A stretch of 64,000 nucleotides of DNA from Lachnospiraceae bacterium (GCA_004558185.1 SFDP01000024.1:9362-73361), one strand, 5' to 3'; shown: positions 1 to 9,297, counted from the stretch's first letter. Notes: generated from the sequence alone by a model not told the origin. Translations and numbers: made by a program.

Positions 1-3
1 TGC

Positions 4-450
4 TTAACGCTCCCCTCCCAAGGCTCTTATGGAGCGGATAATCGATACCGGCTCCAGTCTTTTTGCTTCCGCTGTGCCTTCAAATTCCCAAAAGCCGGAC
101 TGAGTAAAAAACCATTTTTCCCAGGGCATATGGATAGACATGGACACTCTTACCTTAACCTTGGAAAAGGATACCTCCACCCGGCTTTGCAGGTTTTCCA
201 CCGCAAGCAAGCGTTGTCCGATAAGCTCCTTAAGCTGTTCATAGGTATATTCTTCTATTTGTGCATTGCTTCCTTCCTGCTGAAGGCTCCCGCGCAAAGC
301 CGCAGTATACGCAATCTGGCGAAGCAGACATACATTATAGAGGTAGAAGCCAAGATAGATGGAGAAAGCAATTCCCAACAGAATTAAAGGTATGATGAAG
401 GAGGCTTCAATCGTCATATAGGCCTGACAGCCTTTTCTCTGCTTATCCAT
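4..450 (-). CDS. TadE-like pseudopilin (minor Flp/Tad pilus component)
   Basis: 148-aa ORF, last gene of the Tad operon. The N-terminus MDKQRKGCQAYMTIEASFIIPLILL has a short charged leader, an xIEAS motif and a hydrophobic helix, as in TadE/Flp-type prepilin-like proteins. It overlaps the upstream peptidase gene by 8 nt. Confidence 0.5.
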   Translation of the reverse strand: MDKQRKGCQAYMTIEASFIIPLILLGIAFSIYLGFYLYNVCLLRQIAYTAALRGSLQQEGSNAQIEEYTYEQLKELIGQRLLAVENLQSRVEVSFSKVKVRVSMSIHMPWEKWFFTQSGFWEFEGTAEAKRLEPVSIIRSIRALGGER

Positions 451-925
451 AGCAAATCCTCCATATAATGAAGTTGGCTATCCAAAGAAAGGGAATAAAG
501 GGAATTCGAGTATTTCGGTTTGCTTTTTTTCTGCAAAGCAATATTCCTGCCCAGAAAGCTGCCATAAGAAGGGCAAACAACCAGACATACCAAATCAGGG
601 GGAAGGCCAGACAGCCACCTAAGATCAATAAAAGGATTCCGTCTCCGTATCCAACCTTTTCTCCTGTCAGCCTGGCACAAAACAGAAAGAGCAGCCCCGG
701 CAGCAACCGAAAAGCCGTTTCCCCCAATGAAAAATCTTTCCCACTCCATTCCTGCCACAAAAATCCAAGTTCAAGTACGATTCCAACCCACAGGTAGGCA
801 AGGCTGACCTCCTTTTTCTTTCCGTCAATATACGCTCCTACTCCCAGATAGCACATGACAATCACTTCCTGCATAGGTCCTTTCTCCTTCATTAGTACAT
901 AATTCTTAGCTTTTATAGTCCACAT
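443..925 (-). CDS. A24-family prepilin (Flp) peptidase, copy 1
   Basis: 160-aa polytopic membrane ORF. GYGDGILLLILGG fits the GxGD catalytic box of CpaA/TadV-type aspartic prepilin peptidases. Tad locus context. Confidence 0.7.
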   Translation of the reverse strand: MWTIKAKNYVLMKEKGPMQEVIVMCYLGVGAYIDGKKKEVSLAYLWVGIVLELGFLWQEWSGKDFSLGETAFRLLPGLLFLFCARLTGEKVGYGDGILLLILGGCLAFPLIWYVWLFALLMAAFWAGILLCRKKANRNTRIPFIPFLWIANFIIWRICYG

Positions 926-1737
926 TTGCTGCAGGCGGGTACCCCGGCCAGTTGTGAAAGATATACTCCTTTAACCGTTCGTTTCAATCCTTGACAACCC
1001 AGGGTGGCATGATAGCGGTCGCCCTGTTCAGTAAGATAGACCAGGGCAGAGAATTCTCCGTTTCCGCAGTATTCACAAGGGGAATAACGGGCACCGCCCC
1101 TGTTTCTTTCCTGTTCCACCAGGGCAAAAGGAAACACCTTAATGGAAAGAGCCAGGTGAGTACAGGTTCTGCTCTTGTGATAAACCTCCCCATAGCTGGT
1201 TATGTAAACTATTTCTTCTTCCTTTTTTCGTTTTCCCTGCCCCGCTGCATCATAGCCTGTCCAGGGCTTAACCACACACTGTACGGACAGCAATGCTCTG
1301 GGAGCCGCCAGGAAAGGAATAGGAGAATCCACGGCTTCTGCCTCTTTAAGACAAATCATCTCATCACTTCCACCCACTCCTTCTCCTGCTGCATAGGCAT
1401 ACACCGCCAATTCCTTTCCCTGCTGCTGCAGTTTCCCCAGTCGCTCTCCATATTGAATAAACAGGAAGATAAACGAGAAAACATTTACGACAAAAAAGAG
1501 AAAACAGAAAAAGGAAACCGATGCTTCCAGAGACATAGATGCCTTCATTCCACAAGAAGCAAAGCGGGATGCTTTTTGGAATTGAATGAAATAATCGTGT
1601 ATAGGGGAACACCTATTATTTTTGCTATAAGGATTAAGTGTTGATTTTCGTAAAATAGGGGGTCTATTTTTACGATCTGTCTGGAGAGAAGCTTTTGTGT
1701 CTTGTTGAATAGTTTCTGTTTGCATCCCAAAAAGCAT
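913..1737 (-). CDS. Tad-locus membrane protein with a TadE-like motif and two tandem His/Cys3 modules
   Basis: 274-aa ORF. The internal stretch MKASMSLEASVSFFCFLFFVV resembles the xIEAS+helix of ORF 4..450, so the true start may be near 1548. The C-terminus carries two copies of VY[IL]T..G..YH-x4-C-x(20-28)-C-x2-CG. Confidence 0.45.
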   Translation of the reverse strand: MLFGMQTETIQQDTKASLQTDRKNRPPILRKSTLNPYSKNNRCSPIHDYFIQFQKASRFASCGMKASMSLEASVSFFCFLFFVVNVFSFIFLFIQYGERLGKLQQQGKELAVYAYAAGEGVGGSDEMICLKEAEAVDSPIPFLAAPRALLSVQCVVKPWTGYDAAGQGKRKKEEEIVYITSYGEVYHKSRTCTHLALSIKVFPFALVEQERNRGGARYSPCEYCGNGEFSALVYLTEQGDRYHATLGCQGLKRTVKGVYLSQLAGVPACSKCGL

Positions 1738-1804
1738 CCTGCTTTACTCCTCCTTTCCTGAAGTCTTCATTAGTCCCGAGAGATCTGCACTTTTCCCATA
1801 CCAG

Positions 1805-3256
1805 TCAGTAGGTAAAATGTCTGGTGATTTCATAGCTGTAGCCATATCCGCTGCTTACATTGGCCTTAGCTTTGAGTGCCTCTATACACCCATCCATTTG
1901 GAAATATTCATTTCCCGATGTCAGCCGAATATCCATTTCACAAATGTCCATAAACCTCTCCAATATTTTTTCTTCTCCCCTTATATAGAGAAAGCCTTCC
2001 AAAAAATCTCTGTAATCCATGCCCTTATCTGCACTGCGGTATTCATCCAGATGTGCCGTAAAATTAACCAAATGCAGCAGGGGCGTGTTCCAGCTATTAT
2101 CATCTTTACCCAGGGGGATTTTATTTCCATCCAGGAGAATACGAATATCCTGTACACTTTCGGCATAGCCCCAGGCAAACAGAATGGTCAGCTTTACCGG
2201 CTCCACTAATTCCGGCATCAGTGCCAATCCGCTGATTACTGCTGCCAATGCTTCGGCCTGTGCCTGTTTATCCTGACTGGAAAACAGATACAGGGTATTG
2301 ACTGCCTGCCGGATATGCAGGATATCCTCCAGTACCCTACACAAGTTCTCATCATCTTTGCTCTCTCCTTTTAATAAATATTCCAGTTGGTAGGACAATA
2401 CCCCTTTATCCAGAGTATTTCCGTAATAACCACATTTTTCAAATAGGTACTCCTGCAAAAGAACCCTGCCCGCCGTCTGTTCGATCATACTCTCTTTGGT
2501 TTCCAATTCTCCTGTCCCTTTTAGAGGCCGGCGGTGACTAAAATAGTTTTCCGGATGTATTTCCACAGCAGAAACAGCAGTTCCCGGAGGGAGCGCTGTT
2601 TTCAGAATACCTGTCCCTCTCGTTTCTCTGATATAATCTGCCGGATTATCTACAGCAGGCTCAGCCTCCTCCTGCTGCTCTTCCTGCAGTTGTCTTCTCC
2701 TGTTTTCCAACAACTCATCAATTTCTTCATGAGCCTGATCCCATCTGGCATTAATCTCGTCACTGCTCATCCCATTGGGTTGGATAAGATTAAAGTTTTC
2801 TGCGGCCTTTTCCACGAGATTAATTCCTTTTTTGCTTTTCATATAGTCTACTATTTGCCGCTTCAATACCTGTCCCTGCTCATCTGAAGGCCTAAGACAG
2901 GCCTCCAGAGTAACATTATCACAGCTTAATCCGGTTAAATCCCTAAATCCCATAAGACCTGTGATTTCCTTTATAAAATTTTGGTTCATATAATATTGGA
3001 GATGTTCTTCTACTAAATCTGTGGAGGGACTTCCCTCCCCATAGGTGGTATCAATATAAAACAAATCATATTGCTCCAGAAGCTGTCTGTTATATTCCCC
3101 AAAAACAGAGTATAGCCCAATGTCCATTACCCCTTCTGTTTCCAGTCGGATAGTCTGTATCCGAACTCCTTCAATCAGAGTGAAAATCAGGGACAGCATT
3201 ACCCCTAATGTAAGGGCAAGATATAAGGTAATGTAACCGCCTTCCTGCCTCCTCAT
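1805..3256 (-). CDS. hypothetical membrane-anchored protein of the Tad locus
   Basis: 483-aa ORF with one N-terminal hydrophobic helix (GGYITLYLALTLGVMLSLIF). I cannot name a catalytic motif. Its start overlaps the flp stop by 1 nt (TAATG). Confidence 0.5.
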   Translation of the reverse strand: MRRQEGGYITLYLALTLGVMLSLIFTLIEGVRIQTIRLETEGVMDIGLYSVFGEYNRQLLEQYDLFYIDTTYGEGSPSTDLVEEHLQYYMNQNFIKEITGLMGFRDLTGLSCDNVTLEACLRPSDEQGQVLKRQIVDYMKSKKGINLVEKAAENFNLIQPNGMSSDEINARWDQAHEEIDELLENRRRQLQEEQQEEAEPAVDNPADYIRETRGTGILKTALPPGTAVSAVEIHPENYFSHRRPLKGTGELETKESMIEQTAGRVLLQEYLFEKCGYYGNTLDKGVLSYQLEYLLKGESKDDENLCRVLEDILHIRQAVNTLYLFSSQDKQAQAEALAAVISGLALMPELVEPVKLTILFAWGYAESVQDIRILLDGNKIPLGKDDNSWNTPLLHLVNFTAHLDEYRSADKGMDYRDFLEGFLYIRGEEKILERFMDICEMDIRLTSGNEYFQMDGCIEALKAKANVSSGYGYSYEITRHFTY

Positions 3257-3426
3257 TAAACTGACTTTGCCTGTCTGGTTATCTTCTCAAAGATTGCTTC
3301 TACCAGAGAAGTCAACTGATCCTTGAAAATAATGACCAGGCTGATGAGGACCACAATAATAAGAATGATTTCAACAGTTCCCATTCCTTCATCTTCCATA
3401 AAAAAATCTTTCCAGTTTTTTAACAT
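3256..3426 (-). CDS. flp: Flp-family type IVb pilin
   Basis: 56 aa counted from the RBS-supported ATG (AGAGAGG-5 nt-ATG at 3426; the ORF track starts further upstream at 3471). MLKNWKDFFMEDEGMGTVEIILIIVVLISLVIIF shows a leader, a G/xxxxE-type cleavage motif (G-MGTVE) and a hydrophobic core. Confidence 0.7.
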   Translation of the reverse strand: MLKNWKDFFMEDEGMGTVEIILIIVVLISLVIIFKDQLTSLVEAIFEKITRQAKSV

Positions 3427-3470
3427 ATTTACCTCTCTTTCTGCTGCTTTAGCGCATTTTTGTTGTTTCA

Positions 3471-4799
3471 TTAAAGTTGGAAGGAAAAGCAGGCCGGTAC
3501 GATAATTAAGATCATTACCATCCCAAGCATCAGCATCATGGGAAGCAACAGCTTTGTTCCCGCCTCTTCTCCCTTTCGCTTAACCTGATTTTTTCTCTCT
3601 TCATTAGCCCGCCAGCTCTCCTGACGAAGAGTATCCAGTATGTTTGCCGCCCCCTTCTGTACAGTTTGTATTAACAGAGTGGACAGCTTCCGATAAAGGG
3701 GAAGACTGCATCGTCTGCCCAAAAGCTCATAGGCTTCGATTTCTCCCAGTCCATTCTCCATACGGCGGCAGATATAGCCCAGCTCCTCATACAAAAATTC
3801 TATTCTTTTTCCTTTCCCTCTTTTTTGTCTGTCATCCTGCACTATTCTGTATAATGCACCCTTCACTGTCATGCCTGCCTCCATAAGAAGAGTGAGCTTA
3901 CTGACGAATTCCGAATATTGAGCCTGTAAACACCTGTCCCGTTCCTGAGCCTGTTTATGTACCTCCTTGTCCTTTTCATACCAGACTGCTGCCAATACGA
4001 TAGGAAGAAAAAGGAAGAGGATAAACACTCCTTTTCCAGTAGGATAGCGCCAATTCAGCTCCTTTCCTCCCTCTGTCCGGGGCAGGAAAAGGAATTCCTC
4101 CTCTCTGCTCTCCCTTTCTTCAGCCTGAATACCTGCGGATAATCTTCGTAAAAAGGAATCCTCTGTTCCTTCCTCTTCATCTATAACACGGACAAAAAGA
4201 TGATGCTCCTGTTTCCATTCTCCATACTCCATGGTTACCGTAAGCTCAACGATCCCATCCTCTTGGGCCTGCCCATTTTCAGGAGTTTCTCCTTCCGGCT
4301 CCTTATCCCTTCGTATCCTTCCCTGGCTGTCCACCAGACTATTGTTGCTGCTTCTCCAGCTTAAGAGCAGTGGATAACCCTCTACTTCCTGGGGAAGATT
4401 CAGGTCCTTACTGATCTGGTCCACACTTTCGTTTTCTCCCAGGATAATTTGGGGCAGAGCATCTGCAAGCTGTTGGAAATATGACTCAACTTCCTCTTTA
4501 CTATACTCCTTCTCTCCCAGCGTAACGGTAATAGGCTGCCACGCCTCTTCCTCTCTTTGTACCTCTAAGGTCACTTCCTTCTTCCCTCTCCCATAGGGAT
4601 TACGCTCAATGGAATTTCCTTCTTCCAGTCTTCTTTGCTGAAAAGTCTGATAAGCCAGCAGACTCATCAGAATGCTTCCTGCCAAAAAGAGTAGCAGCAT
4701 ATCCTTTTTCTTTTTCTTATAATAATTTTCGATCAAAAGCTCTTGGTTCTGTCCCACATACAGTTTGGAAAAATCCTTTTCAATCTGTTTTTTTCCCAT
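3471..4799 (-). CDS. TadC-like T2SS-F family inner-membrane platform protein with a long N-terminal extension
   Basis: 442 aa. The C-terminal ~170 aa (LTLLMEAGMTVKGALYRI...IEAYELLGRRCSLPLYRKLSTLL...LLLPMMLMLGMVMILIIVPA) looks like a GspF/TadC domain. The N-terminal ~250 aa is an acidic, TM-anchored extension. Confidence 0.6.
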   Translation of the reverse strand: MGKKQIEKDFSKLYVGQNQELLIENYYKKKKKDMLLLFLAGSILMSLLAYQTFQQRRLEEGNSIERNPYGRGKKEVTLEVQREEEAWQPITVTLGEKEYSKEEVESYFQQLADALPQIILGENESVDQISKDLNLPQEVEGYPLLLSWRSSNNSLVDSQGRIRRDKEPEGETPENGQAQEDGIVELTVTMEYGEWKQEHHLFVRVIDEEEGTEDSFLRRLSAGIQAEERESREEEFLFLPRTEGGKELNWRYPTGKGVFILFLFLPIVLAAVWYEKDKEVHKQAQERDRCLQAQYSEFVSKLTLLMEAGMTVKGALYRIVQDDRQKRGKGKRIEFLYEELGYICRRMENGLGEIEAYELLGRRCSLPLYRKLSTLLIQTVQKGAANILDTLRQESWRANEERKNQVKRKGEEAGTKLLLPMMLMLGMVMILIIVPACFSFQL

Positions 4800-4858
4800 A
4801 GCTTCCTCCTATTTCTTCAGCAAATAATCCCTTAATCCGATCAGGCGGCACTGATTGG

Positions 4859-5545
4859 TTAAATTGCAATATCCGTAATCTTTTCTATCCAGCCCACAGC
4901 CATACAGTACAACAACAGGCAAACAGTCATAATCAGGATTCCTGCCGGATTATGGTACAGGGGATCAAAATAGCCCGGTGATGTCAAATCCATATAGAAC
5001 AAAAGGATGAAGGGGATCAGACACATGATCCGGCTTTCCATTTTCCTGGCATGGATCAGGGTTTGGATTTCTTCTTTGATCTCCGCCTTTTCCTGTATCA
5101 TATCCACCGTTCTTTTCATCATTTCCTGCCATCTCCCTCCTGTTTTCTTAGCAATAGAAAAGACTTCTGCAAATTCCTGTACTTCCCCTCCGGGACAGCG
5201 GTTTCCCAAATCAAGCAGTAATTGCTCAAGGGGAATTTGATTATTCATTCCTCTTCGGATCACTAACAGCTCTCTGACCATATCTGCCGAGCTGCCATAC
5301 AAATTCACTATATCCGTGTAACATTCTAAAAACGAATTTTCTATGGAATAGCCTGCCTGCAGATTAATATTTACACTAAGCAAAACCTCCCGAAATTCTT
5401 TTTCCAGCTGCTCACTTCGTTTTTTTATGCTCCTGGATTTTTTCTTTTTTCGATAAAAGTACAGCATCGGTGTTAAGAGAAGGAAGGCATAGATGCTGCG
5501 GTAAAAGAAGTAAGCGATGACTGCCATGATTCCCAATCCTTCCAT
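4859..5545 (-). CDS. TadB-like T2SS-F family inner-membrane protein
   Basis: The ORF track gives 4859..5671. I prefer the ATG at 5545 (GAGGTG-4 nt-ATG, MEGLGIMAVIAYFFY) because it avoids a 56-nt overlap with cpaF. TM-cytoplasmic domain-TM layout as in TadB. Confidence 0.55.
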   Translation of the reverse strand: MEGLGIMAVIAYFFYRSIYAFLLLTPMLYFYRKKKKSRSIKKRSEQLEKEFREVLLSVNINLQAGYSIENSFLECYTDIVNLYGSSADMVRELLVIRRGMNNQIPLEQLLLDLGNRCPGGEVQEFAEVFSIAKKTGGRWQEMMKRTVDMIQEKAEIKEEIQTLIHARKMESRIMCLIPFILLFYMDLTSPGYFDPLYHNPAGILIMTVCLLLYCMAVGWIEKITDIAI

Positions 5546-5615
5546 TGTACACCTCAGCTCCTGGTAAACAGAAAAGGTACACCTTCCATAATCCTCAAGC
5601 CTCTGTTTACCTGAT

Positions 5616-6845
5616 CTACGGATAGGAAATTCCTGCACTTTCCATTTTATAGCGGTTAATAAGCTGCCCAACGCTGACCAGACCTCCTTTGATTTTTTCT
5701 TCCTTTTCCTCTCCTGCTTCCTGAAAACGATATAATGGATTCAGTATGATCTGATCCCCCTTCATTCCTGAAATCTCTGTGATCTCCAGAACCTTCCTGG
5801 TTTTATCTCTAAGCCGTCCCAGATGAACGATCAAATCAATCCCCGAAGCAATCTGTCTTCGTATTGCACTTACCGGAAGCTCCACGCCCATAAGAATCAT
5901 CGTTTCCAGGCGAATCAGCATATCTGCTGCACTGTTTGCATGGGCAGTAGACATACTGCCGTCATGACCACAATTCATCGCACTGCCGATCATATCCAAT
6001 GCCTCTGCTCCCCGCACCTCCCCTACAATTATCCTGTCCGGTCTCATCCGCAGGCTGGCCTTGATCAAATCCCGAATAGTAATTACCTTTCCTCCTTCCA
6101 GATTTGCATTCCGGGTCTCCATGCGGATCAGATTCTCTACCGACCAGAGCTGCAGCTCTGCACTGTCTTCAATGGTAATTACCCGCTCATCAGCAGGAAT
6201 ATACTGAGATAAGGCATTCAGAAAGGTAGTTTTGCCGCTGCCCGTTCCTCCGCTCACCAATATGTTATATCTGGCCTTTACCGCCTTTTGCAAAAAGTAG
6301 ATTACCTCCTGACTTACAGCCCCATATTCCTTAAGCCTGTCCATGGTCATAGGAGATGCCGAAAAGCGGCGTATGGTCAGAATAGGCCCATTCAGCGCTA
6401 TCGGGTAAAGCACTACATTAACCCGGGAGCCACCGGGAAGCCTGGCATCCACTATGGGAGAAGCCTCATTAACCGTTCGATTGCAGCCTGCTACGATCTG
6501 CTGGATAACCTGCAATAGCTTTTCTCCTGATTCAAACTCAGTGGATAATCGTTTCATCCTTCCTCCCTGCTCAATAAAAATATGAGTCGGTCCATTCACC
6601 ATAATCTCCGTTACACTTTCATCCTCTAATAGCTCCTGCAGAACGTCTAGCTTCCTCAGGGAATAAAAGATCTCTTTCCCTATTCGTTTTCGCTCCTGCA
6701 AAGAAAAGCTGCTTCCCTCCTGCTTTCGCAGAAGATAATGGCTGATCAGCTCCTGAATCTGTTCATCGCTAAGCTCATCTCCAAATGCCATATCCTCCAT
6801 AATCTCCCGTCTGAGGCTGTTAATAAGGCTCTGTTTATCTCCCAT
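5616..6845 (-). CDS. cpaF: CpaF/TadA pilus-assembly secretion ATPase
   Basis: Walker A GGTGSGKTTFLNAL, ITIEDSAELQ, and the His box GHDGSMSTAHANS of VirB11/CpaF-type ATPases. Start set at MGDKQS (6845), overlapping the upstream gene by 11 nt. Confidence 0.9.
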   Translation of the reverse strand: MGDKQSLINSLRREIMEDMAFGDELSDEQIQELISHYLLRKQEGSSFSLQERKRIGKEIFYSLRKLDVLQELLEDESVTEIMVNGPTHIFIEQGGRMKRLSTEFESGEKLLQVIQQIVAGCNRTVNEASPIVDARLPGGSRVNVVLYPIALNGPILTIRRFSASPMTMDRLKEYGAVSQEVIYFLQKAVKARYNILVSGGTGSGKTTFLNALSQYIPADERVITIEDSAELQLWSVENLIRMETRNANLEGGKVITIRDLIKASLRMRPDRIIVGEVRGAEALDMIGSAMNCGHDGSMSTAHANSAADMLIRLETMILMGVELPVSAIRRQIASGIDLIVHLGRLRDKTRKVLEITEISGMKGDQIILNPLYRFQEAGEEKEEKIKGGLVSVGQLINRYKMESAGISYP

Positions 6846-7830
6846 AAAAGTCCTCCATTCTTTCTCTGGCAAATTCTGCCAGCTCTGTGTAGGTAAGCTG
6901 GAGAATATCCGAGGGCAGATTCTTAATTTCGGGAATGGTATACTGTTGGGTTTTCTTCCAGATGTCTTCGTAATCACACTCTTCCAGTACCTGCTTATAC
7001 TGCTCTATTTTGGCCAGTGCAAACCCGTCTTCACGACCAAGCGTATAGATAATATTGCAAAGCCTTAAGACATCAAACAGTCCCTGTACTCCGTCAGATA
7101 AATCTAACAGCACGTATTCATATTCACTTCCCCTCTCAATTTCCTTTAACAGATGAATCCATTCCTCACGGCTGACGGATACAAAATCCAGGTAGGAGCC
7201 AAAGGGGGGAAGAATATCCAGACCGCCTACCCTCTCCACCATGCTGCCAAGGCGGTAAGCAAATTTATCCGGTGTATTATGCAGATAGTAAAGAAGCTCT
7301 GACATATCTGTTGCAAAATCCTTTTTTAATAGCTGTCCCAGGCCGGAATAGCATTCCAGATTGAGATATAATACCTTGTGCTTTTTGCTTAACAGTTGTC
7401 CCAAAACAAAAGCATACGAGGTTTTCAGGCATTTCCCCACCGGAGAGTAAATTCCAACCAGCTTCATTTCTTTCCCCCCTGCTATGGGTCTTCCTACTAC
7501 TCCCTCCCTGGCTATCCATTCCAGAAGCTCCCTGACGATCTTTTCACAGGATTGGTATTTCCAGATAAACCTCTCCATGTCTTTTGTCCCTTCTCTTTGC
7601 TCTCCCAACAGAAAAATCTGCTCAATAGGCAGCTCCTCCATCTCCTTTTCATAATCCTTTTGTGCCACCAACGCCACCGACAGAGGATGTCTGAGTGCAA
7701 AGCTATACAGGCTTTCAGCAGAGGTAAAAACCTGTACTTCAAAGGGAAAGCCCTTTCGTAAATTCAGGTAATCCACCAGCCCGTAGGCATATTCTGTTTC
7801 ACTGTCACAAACCGCAAGTATGTGATTCAT
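6835..7830 (-). CDS. TadZ/CpaE-like protein (receiver-like N-domain plus degenerate ParA/MinD-like domain)
   Basis: 331 aa. The N-terminus MNHILAVCDSETEYAYGLVDYL looks like an atypical receiver. The central GIYSPVGKCLKTSYAF is a degraded deviant Walker A. Its position directly upstream of cpaF matches tadZ. Confidence 0.5.
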   Translation of the reverse strand: MNHILAVCDSETEYAYGLVDYLNLRKGFPFEVQVFTSAESLYSFALRHPLSVALVAQKDYEKEMEELPIEQIFLLGEQREGTKDMERFIWKYQSCEKIVRELLEWIAREGVVGRPIAGGKEMKLVGIYSPVGKCLKTSYAFVLGQLLSKKHKVLYLNLECYSGLGQLLKKDFATDMSELLYYLHNTPDKFAYRLGSMVERVGGLDILPPFGSYLDFVSVSREEWIHLLKEIERGSEYEYVLLDLSDGVQGLFDVLRLCNIIYTLGREDGFALAKIEQYKQVLEECDYEDIWKKTQQYTIPEIKNLPSDILQLTYTELAEFARERMEDFYGR

Positions 7831-8366
7831 AAGCCGATTCCTCCTAATACAAGTAGTGTACTGATCAAAATGGGGACTGCAAAGGGAATTGAGGTTTCCT
7901 TCTTCATTCTTTCTCCCTCTTCACCAGGGGGATAGTAGGAGCCTACACTCCTTTGCATCAGACAGCCCAGAAGAAAGCTGAGGGCATACCGCATACGGGA
8001 TATAAGCCTTCTTTGCAGCAGGAGCAGGGGTATAGAGAATAACGCCCCGCAAAAAAAGCTAAGCAGGATACAGTTAAGGGTATCTCTGGCCGGCAGGAAG
8101 CAGCCAATTAGCGAAAACAGCTTAATATCTCCTGCCCCCAGTGTGCCTGTGCGAAATAAAGGGAAGAGTAAAACAGGGGGAAGAATTATCCCCGGAAAGA
8201 AATTGAAAATTTGATCGATGTCTTTTTCTGAAAGTAACTGTCCAAAGCCCAGAATAAAACCGATAAGAATGAGAAGATTGGGAATTTTTCCTTTCCGTAA
8301 ATCCCATAATGCAGCAAGAAGCAATACTGCTGCAAGAAGTTTCAAGTGTTCACCTTCTTTCAACAT
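7827..8366 (-). CDS. A24-family prepilin (Flp) peptidase, copy 2
   Basis: 179-aa polytopic ORF with GAGDIKLFSLIG (GxGD box). First gene of the Tad operon, 4-nt overlap with the tadZ-like gene. Confidence 0.7.
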   Translation of the reverse strand: MLKEGEHLKLLAAVLLLAALWDLRKGKIPNLLILIGFILGFGQLLSEKDIDQIFNFFPGIILPPVLLFPLFRTGTLGAGDIKLFSLIGCFLPARDTLNCILLSFFCGALFSIPLLLLQRRLISRMRYALSFLLGCLMQRSVGSYYPPGEEGERMKKETSIPFAVPILISTLLVLGGIGL

Positions 8367-8542
8367 GGATATGCAACTATTCTTTTATCATAATCAAAGT
8401 TGGATTCTTCATTGGCTTGCTTCACCGCTGTCCGATGAAACAGCCCAGTCAGGCTGGATAAATCCATCCCATAGAAAAAACAGAATATTCTTCAGAAGCC
8501 CCGAAATCCTTCGCAGGCAAGAATGTTTTACTTGTGAGTGTG

Positions 8543-8571
8543 AGTATAAACCTATTTTTTCCCTTTGTCTA
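8543..8571 (-). promoter_or_regulatory. candidate sigma-A promoter of the Tad operon
   Basis: The minus strand reads TAGACA-17 nt-TATACT about 180 nt upstream of the first Tad gene. Confidence 0.3.
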
Positions 8572-8607
8572 TAGCAAATCAGAAAAAAATTAATCTTTGT
8601 TTATTTT

Positions 8608-8880
8608 TTACAACAGTCCGTAAATTTTGATTCCAAAAAGGAGGATAACCCCTGGAAATCCAAGAATTGTACTTGTCAAAACAGTCCCCGGGTTCAGTCC
8701 GATAACCACAGAAAATCCCGTTAACTGCATAAGCTGATTCAGAAAAAAAATAGTAATTGTTCCGGCCACGCCTCTGTACACCAGATTTAAAATCAGATGT
8801 GAATGACGTTTCACAGCCAGAATCAAGAGGACAATTCCACATACCCCTACAATAAGCAGTGCTCCCTGATAGGTTTCCAT
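8608..8880 (-). CDS. bofA: pro-sigma-K processing inhibitor BofA
   Basis: 90 aa from METYQG (RBS GAGGTGG). Two hydrophobic helices and ...VVIGLNPGTVLTSTILGFPGVILLFG, as in the BofA family. Adjacent to a yaaL-like gene, as in Bacillus. Confidence 0.75.
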   Translation of the reverse strand: METYQGALLIVGVCGIVLLILAVKRHSHLILNLVYRGVAGTITIFFLNQLMQLTGFSVVIGLNPGTVLTSTILGFPGVILLFGIKIYGLL

Positions 8881-9003
8881 ATCCACCTCGGTTTTTATTA
8901 CTGTTAGTCCATTTTTATGCACAAGGAATAAAGGTTATGATATGTATATTTTTTCCTGAGGGTGACTATACTTCTCATAAGAGAAAAAAGGAGGAGCATC
9001 CAC

Positions 9004-9297
9004 ATGAAGTTTCATTTTCGCCAATCTTCCTGTCCTGTCTTTGAAGAGCGGCCAAAAACACTGAGAGAATCTATTCTGGAGGATTTGGAAAAAACAAGAT
9101 ACGAATTGGAAACAGCTTATCTGGGCTTCGATTATGTTACTGATCCGGATTTAATTGACTGCTACATCTATGAAGTGAATTCGATCATGAAGCGCTATCG
9201 TTACCTGCTGAATCAGGCAGCGAACTTAAGTCCGCTGCCTGAAGAGGATGTTCTGGTATCAAATTCGGAAACCCCGGTTGGTGCTCTGGTCGGCTAA
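9004..9297 (+). CDS. DUF2508/YaaL-like protein
   Basis: 97 aa from MKFHF (RBS AAGGAGGAG). LEDLEKTRYELETAYLGFDYVTDPDLIDCYIYEVNSIMKRYRYLL matches my memory of the YaaL pattern. bofA neighbourhood. Confidence 0.6.
   Translation: MKFHFRQSSCPVFEERPKTLRESILEDLEKTRYELETAYLGFDYVTDPDLIDCYIYEVNSIMKRYRYLLNQAANLSPLPEEDVLVSNSETPVGALVG

Noticed and set aside
8367-8607. 240-nt leader upstream of the Tad operon, checked for a c-di-GMP riboswitch or other structured element.
   Set aside because: I could not find GEMM-I/II conserved segments or a convincing terminator or antiterminator. The only palindrome (CAGAATATTCTG followed by a T run) leaves a 2-4 nt loop with a 4-5 bp stem, which is too weak to call.
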